From IMG/VR virus record IMGVR_UViG_3300029358_000325, positions 1 through 64,000 of that record: a stretch of 64,000 bases of DNA; one strand, given 5' to 3'. Positions 21,760-32,711 of the stretch are shown in pieces. How positions within the stretch are numbered: the stretch's first letter is position 1; every line of letters starts with the position of its first letter. This DNA comes from a virus. The position numbers were made by a program, and so were the translations under genes. The notes under the pieces are model-generated. The model was not told where the DNA came from. It made no database searches and worked only from the letters and a program-made list of their open reading frames with translations.

Positions 21760-24700
21760 TCAATGCTTTTCTGCAAATTCTTTCCGTAAAAATTCCTTCA
21801 GGAACGTCCGCTTGTATGGCACTCTCGAAGTCTTTACAGCCCGATCAAGAGCATGAGTTTCGGCGCAAATCACACAATACTTCTTGGCACGAGTGATGGC
21901 CGTATAGAGCCATTCTCTCGTCAGCATCAAGTATGCAGAGTTGTCCATACCAACAATCACATACGGAGCCTCACTGCCCTGCAGTTTATGACAACTCAAA
22001 GCATAAGCAAGTTCAAGTGTTGCCCAGATGTTATTCCCACCAAAGTAATGAGGAATAAATATCGTGCCCCACTGGTCAAAATCAACCAGAATAAAGCTAT
22101 TCTCAATCTTTCTGATAATGCCACGGTTTCCGTTGAACACCGGACACTTCTCTTCCTTTTTCTTTGTCTTGAGATTATATGTATGAAGTTCGTAGTTGTT
22201 CTTGTTGATAATAACCTGATCGCCCTCACGCAGAGTGTACACTCTATCCTTGCCATCACCATAGATTGTGACCTTTGCTTCTGCTTGACCACTACTCGGA
22301 TTCACGATTTCCTGAATAGCATTATTGACTTCATAGGTGCAAATACTGCCACGAAGCTTCTGTGGAAGTACAATCTGAATCTTCGCACTATCATTCCCCA
22401 CCTTATTATATAAGGTACGGTACTGATTGATGATATGGTTGAACGACTCACTTGCATCCTTATAGATATCAAGCTCCAAATCACGAAGTTCACCACGAAT
22501 CTCACTACCAGCCCAGCCATAAGGCACCAACTGCGTAGCGTTACGAACCTTAATGCTTTCCGTGATAATTGCAGACTTAGCTGCCTGACGATGGATCTTA
22601 GTCAAACGAGCCACAGGAACAACCTTAGATGCAAGCATATCCTTGAAGATGTTACACATACCAATACTCTCAAGCTGGCCGTCATCACCAATCATGATGA
22701 ATCGCTTGCCGGTCTCGATTGCCTGAATCAAGTCATAGAATAACTGAGCTCCAACCATAGAGGTCTCATCCAGAATAATAATGTCTTCTTCAAGAGGATT
22801 GTCCTTGTTATGGATGAAACCACCATTCTCGATGTCGTAGCCAAGAAGACGGTGAATGGTCTTTCCATCCTGACCAGTAATCTCCTGCATACGAGCTGCG
22901 GCACGACCAGAAAGTGCAGTCTGAGCAAAAGACTTACCACGAAGAACCTTTAAAACACCAGCGACAACGGTACTTTTACCAGTGTTGCCTGTGACACAAA
23001 TTCTTCCATTATATCTTGTCAGAAACATATGAGACGGAACAGTAAAACAATACTTATATCCATCGCTTGAACGAACAATATCAATATCGCTTTTACTGCC
23101 TTTTGTCATAAGAGAAACTTTTCCATTCGAGTGTTGCACAATATGAACATTATACTCTGTGACAATTTTACCGTGCCGTTCAATATTTGATTCATATACA
23201 ACAGAACGATAACCACAAGAAGAAAATGCGAACTGAATAAAATCTGCCGTTTCTTTAATCAGTGTACTAAAATCTTTCCGTCTCCCCTCTTTCACATGAC
23301 CGTCCCAATTTAGAATCTCATCGCAAATCACCTCTAGCTGATGATGATTACAGTTATACCAATACGAAGTAAATCTTTTTTCTTTTCTTGGAGCGTAAAA
23401 GACAAAGTTCGAATATTCCAAGTCTTTTGGATTCCACTGATGCTCATCAAAGTATCTACCACTTTCCGAAAGAAGTCTTCTCATGCGAAGTTTCTTTCGC
23501 TCTTTTTTTACGTTTACTCTACACCAAGCTGATTTATGATCCTTCAAAAACGATCCATCGCAAATAACAGCACACATTAGTCTAATATCAGCATCGCTCA
23601 AATCGATTCCTGGGCCATCATAATTAAACGTTGTTATAAAATGTCCGTTAAACCCAGACTTTCGTTTAACATTTCTTTGATACAACTCCCACATTGGGAT
23701 TTTAGCTAAATTGTTTTTACTGGTCAAGTAAACAACATTATGCTCTGCACTCAATAGTTGATTGATACTACCCGACTTGTTTTTCATGTGATATAGATAT
23801 TCACATTTGAATTTTACATATTTCTCAGGCTCAACAAGCGTTGTAGTCCCATTTTCATTATATTGAAGAACTTTGTCGCCCTTAACATAATCTTTTATTT
23901 TTTTCCATTGGACACCATTAAAGAACTCCATCTCTGCATCGAGGCATCCGCCGTAGCCTGTTAAGATACAGACGTTGCTAGAGCATACCTTTTTAATAGC
24001 ATCTCTTTGCTCCTCAGTATACTCGATGCCAAGCGCATTCCCGGCTTCATTGATTGCAGCATCCATGTTTCGACCAATCGGCTCAACAGGTGCATCCGCC
24101 AGTCGCTTGATTTCCTTTGCGATTTTATCTTCAAGATTCCACACTCTAGTTAAAGCAAATTCCTGACGGTCATCACTCCACCAAAGCGTTTCACGGACAT
24201 CATGTAAATGGAAAAGTGCCCTTTTGATGACTTCTTGATCACCCTCGTTCAAATCAAGTTCCTTAATACAGCTATTGATTGTCTGGTTTGCCGGGATAAT
24301 AGAGTTACCTTCTTCGGCACGAGCGGCAAGAAAGTGCATGACGTAAGCTTCAATTCTGAATTGCGAATTGTGCTTTAAGCCCATATTCAAAGCAAGAGCG
24401 TCAGCTTTTTTCCAGCCGATACCATACGCATCATCGATCAGGACGTAAGGGTTCTCCTCAATTTTTCTTACCAGAGTGTCTGCACCGTGATACTGACGAA
24501 CAAGCTTTTCAATAGCATTGGAAGTCAAACCGTACTCAATCAGTTTCGTGTACGCTTCACTGTTGTCAATGTTGTTTTCAAAAGATTCAATAATCTTTTG
24601 CGCTCGACCTTCCGTAATGCCGCTAACAGTACAAAGAGACTTGACATCACCGTTCTTGACGATTTCATACGGGTTCTCAAATGCTTCATAAAGCAGCTCA

Positions 24701-25053
24701 AACTGATGGTCAGTCAAGATAAAACGGAGAAAGCTTTTTTGTTCTTCCGGGTCAGTAATCTCTTGAAACTCATTCATATAGATGATTTTGTACTGATCAC
24801 CAAACTTTTCATGATGAACATACTCACCACAGAACGAATAAGTTTTATTCATATCGAGGCTAGGAACGTTGCCTTTTAGCCGGAGGTCGCTGTATCGGCT
24901 CATGATAGGATTCCCCTGCTTGACTTTTACCACCTCGGCAGAGAAAGTGGCGAAGCCGCCGGGCTCCACCTCCCTCCCATCTTTCGGATAAAAGACTCGT
25001 TTTATCCTGATGTAGCAACGAATCATATTTTCATTAAATTTCTTATCTGCCAC
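21760..25053 (-). CDS. recD: RecD-like superfamily 1 DNA helicase, interrupted by a 321-aa intein. GTG start.
   Basis: After conceptual splicing, Walker A reads ILTGYGG|TGKSTVV. Further motifs: ILDETSMV (DExx), MIGDDGQLESIG, and CHKLQGSEAPYVIV (motif VI). Confidence 0.8.
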   Translation of the reverse strand: MADKKFNENMIRCYIRIKRVFYPKDGREVEPGGFATFSAEVVKVKQGNPIMSRYSDLRLKGNVPSLDMNKTYSFCGEYVHHEKFGDQYKIIYMNEFQEITDPEEQKSFLRFILTDHQFELLYEAFENPYEIVKNGDVKSLCTVSGITEGRAQKIIESFENNIDNSEAYTKLIEYGLTSNAIEKLVRQYHGADTLVRKIEENPYVLIDDAYGIGWKKADALALNMGLKHNSQFRIEAYVMHFLAARAEEGNSIIPANQTINSCIKELDLNEGDQEVIKRALFHLHDVRETLWWSDDRQEFALTRVWNLEDKIAKEIKRLADAPVEPIGRNMDAAINEAGNALGIEYTEEQRDAIKKVCSSNVCILTGYGGCLDAEMEFFNGVQWKKIKDYVKGDKVLQYNENGTTTLVEPEKYVKFKCEYLYHMKNKSGSINQLLSAEHNVVYLTSKNNLAKIPMWELYQRNVKRKSGFNGHFITTFNYDGPGIDLSDADIRLMCAVICDGSFLKDHKSAWCRVNVKKERKKLRMRRLLSESGRYFDEHQWNPKDLEYSNFVFYAPRKEKRFTSYWYNCNHHQLEVICDEILNWDGHVKEGRRKDFSTLIKETADFIQFAFSSCGYRSVVYESNIERHGKIVTEYNVHIVQHSNGKVSLMTKGSKSDIDIVRSSDGYKYCFTVPSHMFLTRYNGRICVTGNTGKSTVVAGVLKVLRGKSFAQTALSGRAAARMQEITGQDGKTIHRLLGYDIENGGFIHNKDNPLEEDIIILDETSMVGAQLFYDLIQAIETGKRFIMIGDDGQLESIGMCNIFKDMLASKVVPVARLTKIHRQAAKSAIITESIKVRNATQLVPYGWAGSEIRGELRDLELDIYKDASESFNHIINQYRTLYNKVGNDSAKIQIVLPQKLRGSICTYEVNNAIQEIVNPSSGQAEAKVTIYGDGKDRVYTLREGDQVIINKNNYELHTYNLKTKKKEEKCPVFNGNRGIIRKIENSFILVDFDQWGTIFIPHYFGGNNIWATLELAYALSCHKLQGSEAPYVIVGMDNSAYLMLTREWLYTAITRAKKYCVICAETHALDRAVKTSRVPYKRTFLKEFLRKEFAEKH
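22984..23946 (-). other. Intein with a LAGLIDADG-type homing endonuclease, inserted in the helicase P-loop. Spans aa 370-690 of the precursor.
   Basis: It begins with Cys, right after GYGG. Internal LMCAVICDGS and ILNWDGHV are LAGLIDADG-like. It ends ...VTGN, followed by Thr. The flanking exteins rejoin to a perfect GYGGTGKST Walker A. Confidence 0.65.
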
Positions 25054-25065
25054 TTTATAACCCTC

Positions 25066-28000
25066 TTACGCTATCTCTCTATCATGTAGCCACTGCTTGT
25101 AAGGTTTGAAGTCGTTTGCAATAACGTGTGATTCATCTTCCTTCTTTCCAAGCACAGCTACCTGACTTCCCTTTACAATCAAATCCTGATAATCTGACAA
25201 GATTCTCGGCCATACTGTCAACTCAATGATACCATCGCCAGAATACAGATTCACAAACGCAAACTGCATACCAGTCTTTGTTTTCTTCTTTTGAATCTTT
25301 GCGATAATACCAACCAGTACACAGGAGTCACCAGTTTCAAGCTCAGAGAAATCCTTAATGTATTCGTATGCCTTTTCAAACGGATTCTTATCGATAATAA
25401 ACGTCTGCAACGTCTGGAACTCCCAGAATTGCTCGTCCTTCAAATACTTCTCTGACTGCTCGGCCATGTACGCTTCCTTTTTCTTGAGTTTTTCAGTTTC
25501 ATGTACGACACGGCGCTTTTCATTATAGATTCGTAGGACGGTTTCTTTATCAACCTTCTTACCAACCTTATAATGCTCTGTATCAATATCCCACTTACTC
25601 AGCAAAACTGCCTTGGTAGGAAGTGTACTGACTGGTTTAAACTCAGATTGTTCCAAACCGCTGGCAATGTACTTTTCCAAGAATATTCGTTTGTTTTTTG
25701 TAGGAATCGCACCGGATTTGACCAACGCAATGATCTGCGCTTTCGTTGCACGAACACGACTCGTGAAATCATCAAGTCCCTTAAATTTTCCATTCCTATC
25801 TCGTTCTGCAATGATAGTCTCAGCAAGTGTATTGCCAATACCACCGATAGCAGACAAGCCAAATAGGATTTTACCATTTGACACAGTAAAATCCATGCCG
25901 GAACGATTGATACTCGGAGGAAGAATCTGAATATCAAAGCTGCGTGCGTCCACCATAATCTTATTGACCTTACCGACCTTTGCTTTATTCAGGTTCAGCA
26001 TAGCCTTAAAGAACGCAAGCGGATGATGGGCTTTCAAGTATGCGGTCTGAAGACAGATGACGGCGTATGCTTGAGAATGACTAGCGTTGAAGCCGTAGCC
26101 GCCCTTCGTTGACAACTCGTTACAAATATACTCGGCGGTTGCTTTATCGTATCCATTTGCAAGAATTTCATCGTGAAGAAGTTCTACCTCTTCCTTGACC
26201 TTCTCAGGTTTCTTCTTTGCTAAGCACTTACGCATTCTATCAGCACCAGCATCGCTTCGGCCACCAAAGACCTTTGTGAGCTTCATACTCTGTTCCTGAT
26301 AGATGTTCACGCCATAGGTGCTGCGGAAAATTGGTTCCATATCAGGATGGAAATAATGAATGTGTTCTGGATGATACTTGCAATCAACGTATGTAGGAAT
26401 AGACGGCATTGCGTCAGGACGATAAAGAGCAATCAGAGCAGACAGCTCTTCAATCGACCTCGGCTGAAGCTGTGCAACCAGATCTTTCATGCCGGACGAT
26501 TCAATCTGAAATAGATTGTCTGTCCGGCCAGAACAAATCAAATCATAGGATGCCTTGTCATTTTCAAACTCAGGATTGTTAATGTCAATTTCCCAGTCTG
26601 GAATATTGTCCTCACGCTTTGCCTCATCAATAGCCACAAGCGATGCAACGCCAAGAATATCAAACTTAACAAGTCCAATTTTCTCGTCCATCACCTTATC
26701 AACAGAGATAACGTGTTCTCCATCGGCACCATGCCGGATACCGATATACTCATAATAAGGATGTCGACAAACAATAACACCGCCAGCATGGATACCATAC
26801 CCTCGTGGGCGACCATTGATATGACTTGCAATATCAAGTAGTTCCTTATATTTTGGATTCTCGGCCACTTCCGGGTTGGCTTCAAGACAATCCTTCCATG
26901 TCTTCTGAACGAACTTCTCACTGATTTTTCTTATCTCAGCATACGGAAAACCGAGCACCTTACCAACATCCTGAATCGAGGTGACCGGAGTGGTATACAC
27001 GATATTCATAACCTGAACTACTCGATCTTCACCGTACTTTTGTGTCAGATACTCAACAACCTTGGCACGGTCACTGACATCTACATCAACGTCGGGAAGA
27101 TCTTTTCGTTCAATGGTAAGGAATCGTCCGAAATCAAGTTCGTACTTGATAGAGTCAAGTTGTGTAATACTAATCAGGTAACACACAAGTGAGCCAGCGG
27201 CAGAGCCACGACCAGGGCCAACAATAACATCATTTTTCTTACACCAGTTGATATAGTCAACCAGAATCAAAAAGTAGTCACAGAAGTCTTTCTTCTCAAT
27301 AACAAACAACTCGTCATCAACACGTTTGTGATAGATTTTTTGTTTTTCTACATCAAACTTTTCAATACCGCGCTTCTTCCATCCCTCTTTTACAAGGTCT
27401 TTCAGGTAAGCTGCTGAGTTGGAATACTGTGGAGGAATCTCGATTTTGGGAAGTTCAGGTTCGTGCCAAGGCATATCCACATAATCACATAGGTCAGCAA
27501 TCTCATCGGTATTGTTGATACACCATTCTGCCGCATCATATCCAATCTGACTATCAAGAACTTCATGTTGCTCTTTACGAGACATGAAATAACATCCTTC
27601 ATAGATTTCTGCGGCAGTTTCCGTATCATGTGCGATACGAAGAAAATAGTCTTGATAATAAAGATCCTCTTTGGTAGCAGCATGAACATCGTTTGTGACG
27701 ACTACTTTTGTATGAGTATCATTTGCCAACCGCATGATTTTTTTATTATATTTTGCTTGTTCACTATTTGCGTGAGCCTGAACTTCAAGATAATAATGAG
27801 GAAACAAGTTCTTATACTCTTGAAGCAGTTTGACACAAGTGTCATAATCATCCGTTTTGGATAGCCTACTTGCCAAACAAGCAGACAGGATAATCAAATT
27901 ATTCGTATCTTCCTTAGCGATATCCTCTTTTGTGATACGAGGACGGCTATAAAAGCCATGAAGATGACCGAGTGTAGACAAGCGATTAACAGCCTGACGG

Positions 28001-28281
28001 CCAGCCTCATTCTTTGCGATGATAATCAAGTGCCAGTATTTACTGTTCTTGTCCTTTACTTCCCTATCCTCGCACTCGTATGCCTCAATACCATAAAGAA
28101 GTTTTACATTCGGATACTTGTCCTTCAGTTCTGAGTAGTACGGCCAGCTTGTTACCTCACCATGCTCTGTAATAGCAACGGCTTTTAAACCGAGTTCAGA
28201 TGCTCTTTTTAGATTTTCTTCAGGAGAAGAGTACCCATCTAGCAGACTGTAATTCGAGTGCGTGTGTAGACTACTTGACAT
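25066..28281 (-). CDS. dnaE: DNA polymerase III alpha subunit (DnaE-type).
   Basis: 1071 aa. PHP domain HTHSNYSLLDG. Pol III alpha core GRGSAAGSLVCYLISITQLDSIKYELDFGRFL...LPDVDVDV. AAAGGAG SD. Confidence 0.85.
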   Translation of the reverse strand: MSSSLHTHSNYSLLDGYSSPEENLKRASELGLKAVAITEHGEVTSWPYYSELKDKYPNVKLLYGIEAYECEDREVKDKNSKYWHLIIIAKNEAGRQAVNRLSTLGHLHGFYSRPRITKEDIAKEDTNNLIILSACLASRLSKTDDYDTCVKLLQEYKNLFPHYYLEVQAHANSEQAKYNKKIMRLANDTHTKVVVTNDVHAATKEDLYYQDYFLRIAHDTETAAEIYEGCYFMSRKEQHEVLDSQIGYDAAEWCINNTDEIADLCDYVDMPWHEPELPKIEIPPQYSNSAAYLKDLVKEGWKKRGIEKFDVEKQKIYHKRVDDELFVIEKKDFCDYFLILVDYINWCKKNDVIVGPGRGSAAGSLVCYLISITQLDSIKYELDFGRFLTIERKDLPDVDVDVSDRAKVVEYLTQKYGEDRVVQVMNIVYTTPVTSIQDVGKVLGFPYAEIRKISEKFVQKTWKDCLEANPEVAENPKYKELLDIASHINGRPRGYGIHAGGVIVCRHPYYEYIGIRHGADGEHVISVDKVMDEKIGLVKFDILGVASLVAIDEAKREDNIPDWEIDINNPEFENDKASYDLICSGRTDNLFQIESSGMKDLVAQLQPRSIEELSALIALYRPDAMPSIPTYVDCKYHPEHIHYFHPDMEPIFRSTYGVNIYQEQSMKLTKVFGGRSDAGADRMRKCLAKKKPEKVKEEVELLHDEILANGYDKATAEYICNELSTKGGYGFNASHSQAYAVICLQTAYLKAHHPLAFFKAMLNLNKAKVGKVNKIMVDARSFDIQILPPSINRSGMDFTVSNGKILFGLSAIGGIGNTLAETIIAERDRNGKFKGLDDFTSRVRATKAQIIALVKSGAIPTKNKRIFLEKYIASGLEQSEFKPVSTLPTKAVLLSKWDIDTEHYKVGKKVDKETVLRIYNEKRRVVHETEKLKKKEAYMAEQSEKYLKDEQFWEFQTLQTFIIDKNPFEKAYEYIKDFSELETGDSCVLVGIIAKIQKKKTKTGMQFAFVNLYSGDGIIELTVWPRILSDYQDLIVKGSQVAVLGKKEDESHVIANDFKPYKQWLHDREIA

Positions 28282-28283
28282 TC

Positions 28284-29039
28284 TTACTCCTTTCTCTTAT
28301 CTCCAAACTTAATAATATCGTCAAAAAGCATCACATAGTCATCGGTGTACTTGTTACCATGAAAATGGCCGAAGTACCAGAATGGTTTACAATCGTTAGG
28401 ATAGCATTCGTATATATTATCAAAGAATATTTCAGTTGACTGGTCTACTGTGCTTTGATCAATACCACCGATAAACAATTCAGTTGGAATGAACCGGAAT
28501 GGACAGGTATGCGTGAGCATAACATCAATGTCATCGATTTGAGGGTCATGTGTAATATTCCAGATTTTTTTCTTAGTCTTCTCATTCGGCTGTTCGTCCG
28601 GCCACCAATTATATCCCCACTCTAGCCGATAATACTTGTCCACAGAATATGCTCCGCCGCAAACAAGACAGTTTAATACTTCCCTATCAGCAAGAATTTG
28701 ATAGACTTCGCCATCAATAGCAAAATACTGATTTGGATAATGTGGGTCATGCCACACCTTACCACAAATATCTCCATTGATTTCCTTTATCTTATAACCA
28801 TCCTTACGAGATGGGCGGCGCTCGTGATTTCCATGAATACAAAACAGATTCGCAGGAATATCTGCGGCGATAGTCTTAATGCTCCATTCGCGCGGGTCGT
28901 CCTTGCCGTAGTAGTTTAAACCGACATCGCCAAGACAGATAATCCAATCATTCTTTCCAAGATTGTGTTCATGGCAAGACTTTTCTAATTCTAAAAACCG
29001 ATTAAAATCACCATGAATATCACCTGTAATGTAAACCAT
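28284..29039 (-). CDS. Calcineurin-like metallophosphoesterase.
   Basis: Motifs YITGDIHGD, CLGDVGLNYYG, IHGNHE and GHFHG. Confidence 0.6.
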   Translation of the reverse strand: MVYITGDIHGDFNRFLELEKSCHEHNLGKNDWIICLGDVGLNYYGKDDPREWSIKTIAADIPANLFCIHGNHERRPSRKDGYKIKEINGDICGKVWHDPHYPNQYFAIDGEVYQILADREVLNCLVCGGAYSVDKYYRLEWGYNWWPDEQPNEKTKKKIWNITHDPQIDDIDVMLTHTCPFRFIPTELFIGGIDQSTVDQSTEIFFDNIYECYPNDCKPFWYFGHFHGNKYTDDYVMLFDDIIKFGDKRKE

Positions 29040-29597
29040 ATACTCACCTCACTCAAAATCTTCTTTATCAATCACATAAGTTCGTGGATAAAACCTATCG
29101 TTTCTATCACCGAAAATATCAACAAAGTAGACTTTAACAATCTCAAACTCACGATTACACTCTTTGCTTCTTAGCATTTTAACTGCATCTCTTGCATTTT
29201 CAGCGTAGATTTCTCTGTGTAAGTTGTGATATTTCTTGAGCGTATAATTATATGTACGGTAATCAATTTTGTAATATCTATATCGTCGTTTTTCCATTTT
29301 TCATTCAAAATCAAGAACAATCATATCTCCCATTCCTTCGTAGAAAACATGATCCATCTTGAATTTCTCACTAACCGATCCGTGTCAGTTTCGATACAAA
29401 TCTCCCAATCTGGATGCTGCTCTGCAAATTTATCAAGAATATGAGTCAACTCATCCGGTTCAATAATGTGAGCACCATCATTTAAAATCTGATTAAATGC
29501 TGTACCTTCCCGAAGTAGTTCTAAATCTACAATAGTATGTGCAAGTGATTGATGTGCTTTGTCAAGCAAATTTAATGACAAATCGTAACTATCCACT

Positions 29598-29939
29598 TTA
29601 TTCATTGTCAACCAACTCTCCATTCTTTACTTTTACAGCCTTATCATCCCAATATTCATCAGCTCCAACCTTTCTAGGAGCGGTGCCAAAATGCTCTTTC
29701 CACTCAGGAAGACTCTCGTTGATTGCATCAAACTGAATGCCCCAATCAAAGCAAGCCTCCATTGCATCATACAAAAGCTTTCCTTCACGGCAAGTCCAGA
29801 GAATCAGACCAGCACCGTGCTTCTGTTCCTGAATTGCTTCATAAATTACATTCCAGTTTGGCTCACCGATATCGGGATAATTGTTCTCACATAGAGTGCC
29901 ATCAAAGTCGATGGCGATAGCACGCTTCCGATTTCCCAT
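29598..29939 (-). CDS. HAD-superfamily hydrolase, possibly a 5'-nucleotidase.
   Basis: N-terminal AIAIDFDGTL is the DxDGT motif I of HAD enzymes. Confidence 0.45.
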   Translation of the reverse strand: MGNRKRAIAIDFDGTLCENNYPDIGEPNWNVIYEAIQEQKHGAGLILWTCREGKLLYDAMEACFDWGIQFDAINESLPEWKEHFGTAPRKVGADEYWDDKAVKVKNGELVDNE

Positions 29940-29940
29940 A

Positions 29941-31683
29941 TCAAATCACCTCAAAATCAACAATCTGTGCCTGCGGAGTCACCTTGTTTCCATACTGATT
30001 CAAAGACAACCGGCACACGGCATTGATATACTTTTCTTCCTGATCACCATAGAAGTCATTGTTGATCCAGCTAATCATCCGGCCATCATCAGCAAAGCAC
30101 ACAAAATCAATGCCTTTTTCTTCATCAGAATACTTCCACATATTGCCGTTCTTGCCCATCGGAGCACATCCACTATGAATCAGCGGAATGTTTTTAATGT
30201 AGAAATACGGCTCGGAGATTCCCTGTGCCCAGATTTTATGCATTTCATACATGGTCTTCGGCAATGCAACAGTCAATTTGTCGTAGTCAAAATCAAAATC
30301 AACTACGATTGCCTTACTCATCGTGACATCTTTAAGCAGTTCTTCACAATCCGCAATAGCCTTTGGTACGTTTTTTTTCTTAATTTTTACGCCAGCGGCA
30401 TTATCGTGTCCAAGAACCGACTCAAAATCTCCGGTACTCATCAAGAACTCCTTTAAACTTTCAATCGGAGAACCGTCAGGATTTCTCATTGAACCACCAA
30501 AATACTCTTGATTTTCGTCTGGTTCTTCAGAGCAGGCCATCTCTCGAAGTAGTACGCAAGGTTTACCATACATTTCAGCCAGTTTGATTGCTACAACGCC
30601 AGTCAAATTACTGTCCAGAATGCCAGTGGAATTACAAAATAAAACTTTACTTCTATCCGCTCCATACTTAGAAATCCAGTTTTGAAGTTCCGCAACAGCC
30701 TTATCCTTAGTCTTGTTTTGCTGATACTTGCAAGACGAACACTCACGAGCTACATGCTGCGCCAGAGTCTCATCAATCGTAACACCGGCATTCTTGCCAC
30801 GAGTCGGAGTGTACTGGAACATCTGTTCCTCACCGACCATCGCACGGAACATCCGCTTCTTCTGTTCGGATGAGCCAACACGAATCAGTGCGTTCATCAT
30901 CGGAACGATGTAGAACTGAACATCATTGATAGTCGGGTCACCCTTGATGTTGAAGCTATTCGCCTCAACCAAAGCACAAATCATCGGATTTACAATTCGT
31001 GCCAGACCTTTCGTGCAAAGGCGCTTTGTCTCATGCGAGTGCATATCCATAACATCACCGATGTTTCCGATAGCCACCAGATCAAGATACCGGTCTGCAA
31101 CATCAGTCCAATTATCTTCATCAACAGCTTGAAGGAACTTATATACCACGCCAGCACCAGACAGTTCCTTGTTAGGATATGCACCATTCTGGTTATTGAC
31201 GATTACTGCGTAAGGATTCTCTCTGTCGCAGATGTGATGGTCAAGAATCAGAATATCGATGCCCTTTTCGCGGAGTTCCTTACACTGCTCAACATCGTTG
31301 CTGCCAGCGTCAGGAATAATCAGCAAGGTAGTTTCAGGTGGAACCTCAATTTCTTTAGAGAGTCCATGCTCCTTGCCACTATGATGCAGAACATTGATTT
31401 TTCCAAAATAACCAATCGTCTTCAAATACTGAAACATCATTGAAGCACTTGTGAATCCATCCACATCACAGTCTACAAGGATAGAGATAATAGACTTATT
31501 CCAGATATGTTTGTTCAACAGCCGGACAGCATCTTCCATGTTGCCCAGTTCCCACGGAGAATTCAAGCAAGAATCATCCAGATTCATGTAGGTCTTATAA
31601 TCCTTGACCCCTCTGTTCTCCATAATCGTTCCAATCGGGTCGGATAGGTCATTCCTACTCCCCTTCCAGAGTTTTACATTCAT
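29941..31683 (-). CDS. recJ: RecJ-like DHH-family ssDNA exonuclease.
   Basis: DHH motifs LVDCDVDGFTSASM, HSGKEHGL, PDAGS, ILDHHICD and GGHDNAAG-like. Confidence 0.7.
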   Translation of the reverse strand: MNVKLWKGSRNDLSDPIGTIMENRGVKDYKTYMNLDDSCLNSPWELGNMEDAVRLLNKHIWNKSIISILVDCDVDGFTSASMMFQYLKTIGYFGKINVLHHSGKEHGLSKEIEVPPETTLLIIPDAGSNDVEQCKELREKGIDILILDHHICDRENPYAVIVNNQNGAYPNKELSGAGVVYKFLQAVDEDNWTDVADRYLDLVAIGNIGDVMDMHSHETKRLCTKGLARIVNPMICALVEANSFNIKGDPTINDVQFYIVPMMNALIRVGSSEQKKRMFRAMVGEEQMFQYTPTRGKNAGVTIDETLAQHVARECSSCKYQQNKTKDKAVAELQNWISKYGADRSKVLFCNSTGILDSNLTGVVAIKLAEMYGKPCVLLREMACSEEPDENQEYFGGSMRNPDGSPIESLKEFLMSTGDFESVLGHDNAAGVKIKKKNVPKAIADCEELLKDVTMSKAIVVDFDFDYDKLTVALPKTMYEMHKIWAQGISEPYFYIKNIPLIHSGCAPMGKNGNMWKYSDEEKGIDFVCFADDGRMISWINNDFYGDQEEKYINAVCRLSLNQYGNKVTPQAQIVDFEVI

Positions 31684-32702
31684 TTAATTCTCCTAACACA
31701 GTTCTCAATCAACGCCTTAAATTTTTCAGGATTATCAGTCGGGGCTTCCTTTTCATCCAGAATCCCTTTATCATCTACTACAGCATACACACTTACGCCA
31801 TCAACAAATCGATTGGCGAGAACCATAAGCTCACTAAGCTGAACATCTTTATCAAAAACAAAACAAATATCAACGCAAAGACGTGTCAAAATTTCAATTT
31901 GATTTTGTGAAACCTTCTTGCCGCCAGTCGCTACGCAGTTGTAGACATCCATGTTCCACATCTGCATGACAGACTTTTCAGCTTCACCAACATACACCAG
32001 ACCTTCATTCTTGATGTACGGCTCTGTCTTAAACAGACCATACAGAATACGGTTTCTGGCACACGGCTCAAGATATAGATACTTCAATTCACCTTCAGGC
32101 GGCTTACCAAAATATCTTCCCTTTACACCAACCAGAGTGCCAATTTCATCTCTGATTGGAATCGTGATTCTATTTGTCAGTTCATCAAAGCCAATCTCAA
32201 ACTCCTGCTGCGTCTCATAAGATATCCCATCGTCAGCAAAAATCTGGTTCACATAAGGTTTATAATAACCGAGGATGGCTTCGGAGATGGGGACTATCGG
32301 ACGGTCATCCTCGTGTTCTTCACCTTCATTTTGCATGGCGATGAGTTCTTTTAGAATCAACATACTTTTAGGAAGGTCTTCCTCGAAGTTGTGATAGTAG
32401 TCAAGTCCAACCCATTCGCAGATTTGCTTAATAGCTTTTGGGAAAGACAGTTCCAGAAAGAACTGGACGACAGAAATCAAATCATAACTGGTCTTTCCAT
32501 TGGCAATATCTCGTGTGTAATCTACCGCAGTAAGATTTTCATTCTCGTAAATGCAGAGTGCCGTTCTATTGTCACCATCTGGATTTGCACACTGGTAATA
32601 ACCAGTCTTGTGACTGATATGATGACAACCAAGTTCTTCCAGAATCGGTTCAATCTGCTGTTCTTCAAGAATGTAATTTTTCAGATCTGCGATATTTACC
32701 AT
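31680..32702 (-). CDS. DNA primase (Zn-finger plus TOPRIM).
   Basis: N-terminal LGCHHISHKTGYYQCANPDG is Zn-binding. The TOPRIM acidic motifs are EGLVYVGEAEKS and VFDKDVQ. It sits upstream of RecJ and downstream of DnaB. Confidence 0.65.
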   Translation of the reverse strand: MVNIADLKNYILEEQQIEPILEELGCHHISHKTGYYQCANPDGDNRTALCIYENENLTAVDYTRDIANGKTSYDLISVVQFFLELSFPKAIKQICEWVGLDYYHNFEEDLPKSMLILKELIAMQNEGEEHEDDRPIVPISEAILGYYKPYVNQIFADDGISYETQQEFEIGFDELTNRITIPIRDEIGTLVGVKGRYFGKPPEGELKYLYLEPCARNRILYGLFKTEPYIKNEGLVYVGEAEKSVMQMWNMDVYNCVATGGKKVSQNQIEILTRLCVDICFVFDKDVQLSELMVLANRFVDGVSVYAVVDDKGILDEKEAPTDNPEKFKALIENCVRRIK

Positions 32703-32711
32703 TGTAGTTCC

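Noticed and set aside
25066-28281. Possible intein or intron in dnaE. Phage polymerases often carry them.
   Set aside because: The PHP and Pol III alpha core motifs are contiguous and the length (1071 aa) is normal. No Cys/Ser-started insertion with HN-type ending was found.
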